Assembly: GCA_040386595.1 (NCBI GenBank)
Contig: JAZKFE010000003.1
Coordinates: 24,440-88,439, forward strand
Source of the DNA: Planctomycetota bacterium
Lineage (GTDB): Bacteria > Planctomycetota > Planctomycetia > Planctomycetales > Planctomycetaceae
DNA: 64,000 nt
Direction of reading: 5' to 3'
In this document: one piece after another, positions 41,899 to 49,722 of the stretch
Layout of the letters: every line of letters begins with the position of its first letter
How positions within the stretch are numbered: position 1 is the stretch's first letter
Notes under the pieces: generated by a model
The model's database searches: none
What the model was told of the DNA's origin: nothing
What the model saw: only the letters and a program-made list of their open reading frames with translations
Made by a program: the position numbers and the translations under genes

Positions 41899-41994
41899 AT
41901 TGATCGCAAGACTGTCCGCTGCTTCAGCGTGCGGCTTTGTCGGTCGATGGTCGTAAGGTGGCACTATGTGTCAGTCGTCTAGGTTGAGCTCTCG

Positions 41995-42027
41995 CTCCGC
42001 GGCGTCGTACGTGCCGACGCCGCGGAG
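41995..42027 (+). terminator. Candidate terminator hairpin downstream of the giant gene
   Basis: CTCCGCGGCGTCG-TACGTGC-CGACGCCGCGGAG (13-bp GC-rich perfect stem), about 97 nt after the TAA at 41896-41898. It is followed by AAATTGATTTG, a weak U-tract. Confidence 0.45.
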
Positions 42028-42255
42028 AAATTGATTTGCGGCTACTGGGGATGGCTCGACAGGTCACGAACGGCGTCCTCCTGTCGAACCATTCCACTCT
42101 GGCCGGGCCGCCACGTTCGTAACATTGCTCTCCGTCGGGATGTCTTTCTCCGCACGCAAAATGTTTGGAACACCTGCCTCAAACGCGTATTTTTGACTTT
42201 TCTTGTAAGTCAACACGTGTTCGAGTTACCAATTCCTCTGGAGGCAGGTTTTGAA

Positions 42256-42780
42256 TTGCTTGACGAGAACCAAAAATCGCTGTTCATGGTCTGGCTGGGC
42301 GAGCATGGCTCGTCGGTCATGAAGGTGGCGCGTGCCTACACTCTCACCAGTGAGGACTGCCAGGATCTCGCTCAGGAGATTCTGCTTCAAGCTTGGCGGT
42401 CATTACCAAAGTTCGAGGGTAAGGCCAGCGCAGCGACGTGGTTTTATCGCGTGGCACTCCACATCGCGATGAATTGGAAACGCAAGGACCTGCCGCGTCG
42501 CCTGAGGCAGCAACCATTGCTGGAAGTCCAAACCGTCGTCGCGGAGGGTGTTGACAGTGGCGAACAAGCTCAACAGCGAGAAACCATTGAGCAGCTTTAC
42601 AACGCCATCCGCCAACTGCCGAAAGCCGACGCCGCGTTGGTGCTGCTGTACCTGGACGAACTAAGTTACCAAGAGATGGCAGACGTATTGGGCATCTCCG
42701 AAAGCAACGTCGGTGTGAAGTTAAATCGGGCGAAAAAAGCGTTAAGTGAACTCATGAACGGAGGCCCCCATGGAACCTGA
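42256..42780 (+). CDS. ECF-type (sigma-70 family) RNA polymerase sigma factor
   Basis: Region 2: DCQDLAQEILLQAWRSLPKFEGKASAATWFYRVALHIAMNWKRK. Region 4: LPKADAALVLLYLDELSYQEMADVLGISESNVGVKLNRAKKALSEL. The listed ORF starts at ATG 42031, but its first ~75 aa are not sigma-like. In-frame TTG 42256 is preceded by GGAGG (42240-42244); ATG 42286 is the next option. The start is uncertain; the stop at 42778-42780 is firm. Confidence 0.8.
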   Translation: MLDENQKSLFMVWLGEHGSSVMKVARAYTLTSEDCQDLAQEILLQAWRSLPKFEGKASAATWFYRVALHIAMNWKRKDLPRRLRQQPLLEVQTVVAEGVDSGEQAQQRETIEQLYNAIRQLPKADAALVLLYLDELSYQEMADVLGISESNVGVKLNRAKKALSELMNGGPHGT

Positions 42781-45700
42781 CAAATTTCAACAGGCATGGC
42801 AGGTGCATTCGTCTCAGACGCGGATCGCGGTCGATCCCGACCTGCTACTGAAAGAAGTGCAACGTAACCAGCAAGCGTTTAAGACGACGATCTTTCATCG
42901 CGATTTCATTGAAGTTGGAGTCGCGTTTCTAATGTTGCCCTATTGGATTTATGCAGGCATCACACACGCTCTGCCATGGACATGGTATCTCACAATTCCA
43001 GCTCTGATCTGGGTGGCCGGGTTCATTCTGGTGGATCGAGTGCGCCACAAGCGACATCCGAGTGAGCCGGGGGAATCACTGGTCAATTGTGTGAAAGAGT
43101 CGCTGCTCCAGGTGGAACATCAAATCTGGTTGCTACGCAATGTCTTCTGGTGGTACTTGTTGCCGTTTACGTTATCCATCTTGGCCTTTTTTGCGGATGT
43201 TACGTGGCGAGTCTCCAAAGACTGGCTAGAGGCTCTGATCTCCGGGGGCTCCTTATCTGGCATTGTTTTGGGATTATATTCCTTTATCTACTACATCAAT
43301 CAACGTGCCGTACGTGTGCAGCTTGAGCCGCGACGTCAGGAATTGGTCGCGTTGCTCAAAAGCCTTGGCGATGAAACGACCAGAGACGGCTCACTGAAGA
43401 GCACACAGAGCGCCGCACGCCCCTGGTTTTTTGGGCGCTGGCTCGTCATCGCGGTTTCGTGCCTCGTGGTATTGGTGTGCATCGCCTTCGCAGGCGGACT
43501 ATTCGATTCCAACTATGATGGATCTCCTCGAAGCAGCGGCCCAGCAGGTGGCTCGCTGGCGAGCGTGATTACCGATCTGCGCAAAGAAAAGGATCTCGTC
43601 GGCCTTGCTGCGATGGTGATGGTCGACGGGAAAGTCGAAGCAGCCGCGGCGTATGGGGAACGAAAAAACGGGAGCGGCGTGCCCCTGGAGATCGGCGACC
43701 GCTGGCATCTGGGAGGGATCACCAAGTCGATCACCGCGACGATGATCGCACGATTGATCGAGTCGGGTCGGATGCAATGGTCAGACACCGTCGGCCAGAT
43801 TTTTCCGGACGCCTCGGTTCATGAGGATTGGAAGTCGGTCACGCTCTGGCAATTGCTGACAGACACTGCCGGCGCACCAGCGAACTTTCCTACAGATGTT
43901 TTATACCAGCGGCCGGAGATCGGTCCCGAATGTACCCAAGCCCGCCAACAGGCGGTGCTGAACGTGCTCGCAGATAAACCAGCATACCCGCCCGGTAAAA
44001 TGTTTGCGTACTCGAATGTCGGTTACACCATCGTGGGAGCGATGGCCGAGAAGGTAACCGGCAGCACCTGGGAAGACCTTCTGAAACGAGAAGTCTTTGA
44101 GCCTTTAAAACTCACGGAAGCAGGATTTGGCCCCCCCACGAGTGCCGACAAAACGCTCGAACAACCGCGCGGTCACCGCCAGATGCTGGCTGGAAAAATC
44201 GCGGCGGATGATAAGGCAGACAACACTCCCATCATGGGCCCCTCTGGCAGCGTCCATATGACGCTCCAAAATCTCTGCACATTCGCCGAGGAGCACATGC
44301 TGGGCCAAGCTGGCACGGGGAAACTTCTCTCCAAAGCCACTTACGACAAGCTCCAGACTCCCGAACTCAACGCCTATGCCTGCGGCTGGGTGAAGAATGC
44401 CCCCAGCGCCAAAATCCCGCATACGGTGTACTGGCACAACGGGTCAAACACAATGTGGTACGCGCTCGTGGTGTTCATCCCCGAGAAGAACATGGTGGTT
44501 GCCGTCACATCGAACGACGGTGACAACGAGCAGGCCGAAGCCGCCGCCTGGAAAATTGTTGAAGCAAGCGTGAAGCAGCTTAAAGTCGAAGACAATGCCA
44601 AAGGCAGCAAATTGCTGACGAGCAATGTTTCTCCCAAGCTCTCTCCCTTTGCCGCAGTGCGTTGGCAAGATTCCCAACCGGAAGTCAAAATCGACGGCGA
44701 GTGGTTTAAGCTCGTGTCCCTCAACGGCATCCCCGCCGCCGAAATCATGGCCTTCAGTTGGAAGACCAATGGGGAACTCTGGAAAAAACGATTCGAAGAG
44801 GATCTCGTCGAACTGCTCACCCGGATGGGACAGCCACCACAGAAAACCGTCACGTTGGTGGTTCAATCACTGACATCCTCAGAGACGAAGGTCTTAAAAG
44901 ATGTCACCCTGACGCAAGCGAACCGCCTGGCCATCTACTTAGCGGCCCTGGCCCGTGAGCTCGGCCTGCCGCAGACCGAGACGCGAAAAACCAGTGCCAT
45001 TGATGATCCTAAAGTCTCTCTCGCAAAGCGGGTCACCGATCTTCGCCAACAGAAAAAACTCGTAGGTCTCGGGGCGATGGTGATGGTCGACGGCCAAATC
45101 GTCTCGTCCGCGGTCGACGGGGAGCGAAAGCTGGATAGCGCGGTCCCGCTGGCGATCGGCGACCGCTGGCACCTCGGATCGATCACCAAATCCGTCACCG
45201 CCACGATGATTGCCCGATTGGTTGAGTCGGGAAAGCTGAAATGGTCTAGCACCGTCAGCGAATGCTTTCCTGACGCAGCGATCCATGAGGACTGGAAGCC
45301 GGTCACACTCAGACAATTGCTGACGCACACTGCGGGCGCGCCACCAAATTTCTCCCTTCAGGTGGGGAAGGAACACCCTAGGCTCGGCCTCGAATGCACA
45401 CGAGCACGTCGAAAAGCCGTACTGAGCCTAATGGCAGAAAAGCCAGCATCTCCACCGGGTAAAAAGTTTGCCTACTCGAATGTCGGTTACACCATTGCGG
45501 GGGCGATGGCTGAGAAGGTGACCGGAGCGACATGGGAAGATCTCGTGACACGGGAGGTATTTGAGCCGCTAAAGCTCACGGGTGTGGGATTTGGTCCCCC
45601 CAAGAGTGCCGACAAGACGCTCGAGCAGCCGCGAGGTCACATTACGCAAGGTGGTAAGAAAGTCGCGATGAGCGACGAGGCTGATAACACCCCAATCATC

Positions 45701-46072
45701 GGTCCTGCCGGCACCGTTCATATGACACTTGGCGACCTCTGTACCTACGCCACAGAACATCTGAGAGGTGATCGTGCCGAGGGCAAACTTCTCTCCGCCA
45801 ATACCTACAAACTCCTGCACACTCCAGTGCTCGACCAGTATGCGTGCGGCTGGGTGAAAAATGAACCCAGCGAGGAAATCCCGCAGGCTGTGTATTGGCA
45901 CAACGGCTCGAACACGATGTGGTACGCACTCGTGGTGTTCATCCCCGAAAAGAACATGGTGGTCGCCGTCACATCGAACGACGGTGACATTCCGAACGCC
46001 GAAGCCGCTGCCTGGAAAATTGTTGAAACGAGCGTGAAGCAATTCAGCCTTGAGGCGATCCCCCTTCCATAG
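42770..46072 (+). CDS. Polytopic membrane protein (putative anti-sigma/sensor partner) with two tandem beta-lactamase-fold (serine hydrolase/PBP-like) domains, 1100 aa
   Basis: ATG 42770 overlaps the sigma stop by 11 nt, with GGAGG at 42760-42764. The N-terminal ~250 aa contain several hydrophobic helices (VGVAFLMLPYWIYAGI, LTIPALIWVAGFILV, WWYLLPFTLSILAFF, GIVLGLYSFIYYI, WLVIAVSCLVVLVCIAFAGGL). Two ~345-aa copies follow, each with the class-C-like motif set WHLG(G/S)ITKS(I/V)TA (SxxK position), FAYSNVGY (YxN) and YWHNGSN (H-x-G box). A ~130-aa linker domain separates them. Confidence 0.85.
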   Translation: MEPDKFQQAWQVHSSQTRIAVDPDLLLKEVQRNQQAFKTTIFHRDFIEVGVAFLMLPYWIYAGITHALPWTWYLTIPALIWVAGFILVDRVRHKRHPSEPGESLVNCVKESLLQVEHQIWLLRNVFWWYLLPFTLSILAFFADVTWRVSKDWLEALISGGSLSGIVLGLYSFIYYINQRAVRVQLEPRRQELVALLKSLGDETTRDGSLKSTQSAARPWFFGRWLVIAVSCLVVLVCIAFAGGLFDSNYDGSPRSSGPAGGSLASVITDLRKEKDLVGLAAMVMVDGKVEAAAAYGERKNGSGVPLEIGDRWHLGGITKSITATMIARLIESGRMQWSDTVGQIFPDASVHEDWKSVTLWQLLTDTAGAPANFPTDVLYQRPEIGPECTQARQQAVLNVLADKPAYPPGKMFAYSNVGYTIVGAMAEKVTGSTWEDLLKREVFEPLKLTEAGFGPPTSADKTLEQPRGHRQMLAGKIAADDKADNTPIMGPSGSVHMTLQNLCTFAEEHMLGQAGTGKLLSKATYDKLQTPELNAYACGWVKNAPSAKIPHTVYWHNGSNTMWYALVVFIPEKNMVVAVTSNDGDNEQAEAAAWKIVEASVKQLKVEDNAKGSKLLTSNVSPKLSPFAAVRWQDSQPEVKIDGEWFKLVSLNGIPAAEIMAFSWKTNGELWKKRFEEDLVELLTRMGQPPQKTVTLVVQSLTSSETKVLKDVTLTQANRLAIYLAALARELGLPQTETRKTSAIDDPKVSLAKRVTDLRQQKKLVGLGAMVMVDGQIVSSAVDGERKLDSAVPLAIGDRWHLGSITKSVTATMIARLVESGKLKWSSTVSECFPDAAIHEDWKPVTLRQLLTHTAGAPPNFSLQVGKEHPRLGLECTRARRKAVLSLMAEKPASPPGKKFAYSNVGYTIAGAMAEKVTGATWEDLVTREVFEPLKLTGVGFGPPKSADKTLEQPRGHITQGGKKVAMSDEADNTPIIGPAGTVHMTLGDLCTYATEHLRGDRAEGKLLSANTYKLLHTPVLDQYACGWVKNEPSEEIPQAVYWHNGSNTMWYALVVFIPEKNMVVAVTSNDGDIPNAEAAAWKIVETSVKQFSLEAIPLP

Positions 46073-46259
46073 CGGTCGAACCGCAGGAACGTGGTGGAAG
46101 AGCAGGGCCCGCTGGTGACGCTGGCTGGGAGCATCTGGTGGTTTCTGATCCAATGACGCAGATTGACAATTGGCTGGTTACGGGTATTCTGAGCCGTTTT
46201 CGTTCGGTTGCTCCAGTAGTGGGCAGATTTCATCTCGAACCGTAAAACGTGACGACATT

Positions 46260-46922
46260 ATGACTGATGACGACAGAGCTCTAAATCGGACCAAGAAATC
46301 GAAGGCCCGGCGTCCCAAACAGCGTTTCGGGATATTCGAATTCGTTTTGGGGGCGATCTGTTGCGTGGGGCTCCCCGGGCTGATGACGGCGATTGCCCCA
46401 GTCTCCTGGTTAGAGTTCAACCGAGTTGATCATCAAGTTAATGCGGAGACACGGACCTGCGTGTTCTTCTTTTTCCCCTATCGCACGCAACAACTCGCGG
46501 ATGTACGAAATGTCTCCACGGCATTTCGATTGGGGGATGAACAGCATCGACGCCCAGGCGATAAAAAACGCGGCCGAGCGGAATCCGAAGGAACAATCCG
46601 GTTGCATGGTCCACAGGGAGATGCCGAAGCGGGCCAGACGATCTCCGTTTCCGTTTCACCGGCGAGTTACAAATCAATCGAAGCGCAAATCCAGAAGTTT
46701 CTCGCAGACCCACAGCAACACAACTTAACCCTGTTTACTGTGGCCAACTGGAAATTTGGCATCATCTTCGCAATTCCCGTGTGCCTGCTCACTGTCCTCT
46801 TCGTCGTCGGCTGGACCATCTGGCTGGGACAAGCGTTGCTGAGCCCGTTCCTGAATTTATTCTCTTTCCCTGATGATGCGGAAGAGCCAGCAGAAGAAAA
46901 TCAAGAACCGGATCGGTCCTAG
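46260..46922 (+). CDS. Hypothetical membrane protein (two predicted TM helices)
   Basis: The ORF is 46170-46922 and the likely start is ATG 46260 (MTDDDRALNRTKKSKARRPKQRFGIFEFVLGAICCVGLPGLMTAIAP...). There is a second hydrophobic helix near the C-terminus (FGIIFAIPVCLLTVLFVVGWTIWLG) and an acidic tail. No family recognised. Confidence 0.5.
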   Translation: MTDDDRALNRTKKSKARRPKQRFGIFEFVLGAICCVGLPGLMTAIAPVSWLEFNRVDHQVNAETRTCVFFFFPYRTQQLADVRNVSTAFRLGDEQHRRPGDKKRGRAESEGTIRLHGPQGDAEAGQTISVSVSPASYKSIEAQIQKFLADPQQHNLTLFTVANWKFGIIFAIPVCLLTVLFVVGWTIWLGQALLSPFLNLFSFPDDAEEPAEENQEPDRS

Positions 46923-46959
46923 AAATCTGCACCAGGTTCGGCTTGGCGTAAGCTAATTC

Positions 46960-49209
46960 TCACTGCTTGAGATATTGGCTCGTCAATGATTGTTTCGCTC
47001 CCAGCAACTCTTTCGGTGTGCCTTCAAAAATAATTTGACCGCCCTTCTGGCCCCCTTCTGGCCCCATGTCGATGATCCAGTCGGCGCTGCTGATAACATC
47101 CAGATTGTGTTCGATGACGATGACCGTGTTGCCCCCTTCGACCAGGCGATTCATGATTTCGATGAGGTGGGTAATATCGGACATGTGCAGACCAGTAGTC
47201 GGTTCGTCCAGCACATAGATGCTGCCCTGTTTGTGGAGTTCACTGGCCAGCTTGATACGCTGACATTCTCCACCGGACAGGGTGCTTAACGGTTGACCGA
47301 GGGTGAGGTAATCCAGACCAACGTCGCTCAGCGCCTGCATTTTCGACTTGATTGCTGGTAGCGTAAAGAATTCCAACGCCTGCCTCACGGTCATATCCAG
47401 CACATCCACAATGGATTTGCCGTTCAAGTGGTACGCCAGCACCTCGTCCTTGAACCGCTTGCCGTGACAGACTTCGCAGGGAAGGGCCACTTCCTGCAAA
47501 AACGCCAGATCCTGATAGATCTTGCCGGCTCCCTGGCAGTTCTCGCACGCCCCTTTGGAATTGAAGCTAAACAGCCCCGCGTCCACCTTATTCGCTTTGG
47601 CAAATGCCTTGCGAACTTCGTCCATGATTCCGGTGTAGGTCGCCGGGTTCGAACGACTCGACACGCCAATCGGCGCCTGGTCAATCACCACAGAGTCGGG
47701 ATGCTGCCGCAAAAACGCTCCGTGAATCAGCGAGCTCTTCCCGGATCCAGCCACGCCGGTAATCACCGTCAGCACGCTCGTCGGAATATCCACGCTGACG
47801 TCTTGCAGATTGTTGGCGCTCGCGTGCTTGATCGGCAGCTTGCCCTTGGCCTTGCGGAACTTGTCCTTGATCGCGACATTCCGCTGCAAGAACTGCGCGG
47901 TCAGCGTTTTACTCTTCACCAGTCCCGCGTAAGTCCCTTCATAGACCACATGTCCCCCTTCGCTTCCGGCGCGCGGTCCCATGTCCACAATATGGTCGGC
48001 GACCTTCATCACCGCCGGGTCATGCTCCACCACAATCACTGTGTTTCCCTTGTCGCGCAGGGATTGCAGCAGTTCGTTCATGCGATGAACATCGCGCGGA
48101 TGCAGGCCCACGCTCGGCTCATCAAAAATATACAGCGCGTCCACAAGCCCACTCGTCAGGTGCTTGACCATTTTCACACGCTGCGATTCTCCACCCGAAA
48201 GCGTGTCGGTCTGGCGGTCCAGGCTCAAATACTCCAAGCCAATATTCACCAGCTGTTGCAGCCGGTGCGTCAGCTCCTGCACCAGTGGGGCCGCGACAGG
48301 GGTGGTGATCTCCTGGATGACCGGAATCAGCTCATCCACCTCCATCGACGATAGCTGCGCGATGTTTCGCCCGTCGATCTTGCAGCCCAGGACAGCCTGG
48401 CTCAGCCGTGCGCCGTGGCACAGCGGGCACGGCCCCATCGAGATGAACGGCTCCACCGCTTTCTGGGTCCGTTCCGACAACGTTTTGAGGTCGCGGGCGA
48501 TGTACTTCTGGTAGAACTTACTCGCGACGCCTTCAAAAGTGATGTTGATATCTTTGCCGGCAATTTTCGTTTTGATTTTATAAGGTTCGCTGTAGAGCAG
48601 CAGATCCATCTCGGCTTTCGAAAAGTCCTTCAGTTTTTTATCGGCATTGAACAATCCCGTTTGAATGCAGACGCTCCAGGCCCATGAATCGACCTGGTAT
48701 TCAGGAAGCAGCATGGCCCCTTTGTTAAGCGACAGCGACAGATCGAGAGCCTTTTCCAGATTGAGGCCCACCTTCCGCCCCATGCCGCTACATTCGGGGC
48801 ACATCCCTTGCGCGTCATTGAACGAAAACGCATTCGCGTAGCCCGCATACGGCTTCCCCACGCGTGAAAACAGCAGCCGCAGCAGCGTCGCAATATCGGT
48901 CACCGTCCCCACCGTCGAATGCGAACCGCCGCCGAGTCGCTTCTGATCGACAATCACGGCCATGCTGAGATTCTCGATCGCGTCCGCATCCGGCTGCGGA
49001 TACCGCGGCAGAAAGTTCCGCACGAAGAAGCTCAGGTTCTCATACAGCCGCCGTTGCGCTTCCGATGCGAGCGTGTCAAACACCAGCGAAGATTTGCCCG
49101 ACCCCGACACGCCAGTAAAAATCGTAATTTTACGTTTGGGCAGCCGGAGCGACACATCCTTGAGATTGTTTTCGCGAGCCCCGCGCACTTCGATATACTC
49201 TTGCGACAT
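46960..49209 (-). CDS. uvrA: UvrA-family ABC ATPase, short (749 aa) class II-like paralog
   Basis: MSQEYIEVRGARENNLKDVSLRLPKRKITIFTGVSGSGKSSLVFDTL (Walker A 1); CPECSGMGRK zinc motif; LSGGESQRVKM signature; LYIFDEPSVGLHPRD Walker B; second module GVAGSGKSSL, CENCQGAGK...CEVCHGKRF, LSGGECQRIKL, VYVLDEPTTGLH. The start is ATG at 49209-49207, preceded by AAGGAG (complement of 49215-49220). The longer listed ORF, reaching 49344, adds 45 non-homologous aa. Confidence 0.9.
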   Translation of the reverse strand: MSQEYIEVRGARENNLKDVSLRLPKRKITIFTGVSGSGKSSLVFDTLASEAQRRLYENLSFFVRNFLPRYPQPDADAIENLSMAVIVDQKRLGGGSHSTVGTVTDIATLLRLLFSRVGKPYAGYANAFSFNDAQGMCPECSGMGRKVGLNLEKALDLSLSLNKGAMLLPEYQVDSWAWSVCIQTGLFNADKKLKDFSKAEMDLLLYSEPYKIKTKIAGKDINITFEGVASKFYQKYIARDLKTLSERTQKAVEPFISMGPCPLCHGARLSQAVLGCKIDGRNIAQLSSMEVDELIPVIQEITTPVAAPLVQELTHRLQQLVNIGLEYLSLDRQTDTLSGGESQRVKMVKHLTSGLVDALYIFDEPSVGLHPRDVHRMNELLQSLRDKGNTVIVVEHDPAVMKVADHIVDMGPRAGSEGGHVVYEGTYAGLVKSKTLTAQFLQRNVAIKDKFRKAKGKLPIKHASANNLQDVSVDIPTSVLTVITGVAGSGKSSLIHGAFLRQHPDSVVIDQAPIGVSSRSNPATYTGIMDEVRKAFAKANKVDAGLFSFNSKGACENCQGAGKIYQDLAFLQEVALPCEVCHGKRFKDEVLAYHLNGKSIVDVLDMTVRQALEFFTLPAIKSKMQALSDVGLDYLTLGQPLSTLSGGECQRIKLASELHKQGSIYVLDEPTTGLHMSDITHLIEIMNRLVEGGNTVIVIEHNLDVISSADWIIDMGPEGGQKGGQIIFEGTPKELLGAKQSLTSQYLKQ

Positions 49210-49286
49210 TTTATCTCCTTGCGTCCGTATTGTGGGCCTCACGTTATAGCTATTCCCATCCCTCAAGCCAACAAGCCGTTTAAAAA

Positions 49287-49571
49287 TTAGTGTTTGTAGA
49301 TTGGCGGGCTGGCGGAGATAAGATGATCTTCCGGTATTATCCAAAACTCAGCACGAGAACCACCAAGCCCCCCTTCCGACTTGCGTTTGCACTGTGGATC
49401 ACCGAACCATACTGCAACGTGCTCATCCGGCACGTTCGGATCCCCTTCAATTCCAACAACAACGGCTAGGAGCCCGTCGAGTTCGACGAGATCACCGCGC
49501 GCTAGTAGGCCCATGTAGTTGCTCGCTTCTTGTACAGATTGCATTTCTTGGCAATTGGCAGGAAGAGCCAC
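49287..49571 (-). CDS. Hypothetical small protein (up to 94 aa; start uncertain)
   Basis: An ORF upstream of and co-oriented with the uvrA-like gene. The sequence is protein-like (GDLVELDGLLAVVVGIEGDPNVPDEHVAVWFGDPQ...EFWIIPEDHL). Alternative Met codons are at 49544 and 49514. No family recognised. Confidence 0.4.
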   Translation of the reverse strand: MALPANCQEMQSVQEASNYMGLLARGDLVELDGLLAVVVGIEGDPNVPDEHVAVWFGDPQCKRKSEGGLGGSRAEFWIIPEDHLISASPPIYKH

Positions 49572-49722
49572 TTCTTCCTAAAGACAATAGAGGTGGCAGA
49601 CCACAGCTGCATGGTAATGCGTAATCGAACGCCGTACCGAGCCGCGTTGTTAAGGGAACGGATTTCGGCTATTTCACCACCCGATAACGAGACAGGCTTC
49701 GAGCAAGAGGCCAAGAGCCTAA

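Noticed and set aside
5274-41964. Dozens of long ORFs on the other five frames inside the giant gene (for example 35935-37473 minus, 512 aa; 28024-29331 minus, 435 aa; 9805-11127 minus, 440 aa; 11146-12153 minus; 38773-39753 minus).
   Set aside because: They are fully nested in the 36.6-kb ORF. They have Arg/Gly/Asp/Val/Pro-dominated, non-protein-like composition and simply mirror the sense-strand repeats; several 130-aa antisense ORFs recur at the 393-nt period. They are shadow ORFs expected in a GC-rich, stop-poor repetitive coding region.
42167-42188. An ECF-type promoter look-alike, TGGAAC-N14-CGT, upstream of the sigma gene.
   Set aside because: The -35-like GGAAC and the CGT are separated by only 14 nt by my count, rather than the usual ~16-17 nt. 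A single weak match cannot be called a promoter without a motif derived from the ECF group.
42031-42255. The N-terminal 75-aa extension of the ECF sigma ORF from ATG 42031.
   Set aside because: The extension (MICGYWGWLDRSRTASSCRTIPLWPGRHVRN...) is not sigma-like, and the sigma region 2 alignment begins near residue 80. TTG 42256 (with GGAGG upstream) or ATG 42286 are better starts. The true start remains uncertain.
47428-48354. A 308-aa plus-strand ORF, plus others (48164-48514, 48919-49290), inside the uvrA-like gene.
   Set aside because: They are antisense to a confidently identified ABC ATPase gene and have His/Arg/Leu-rich, non-protein-like composition.
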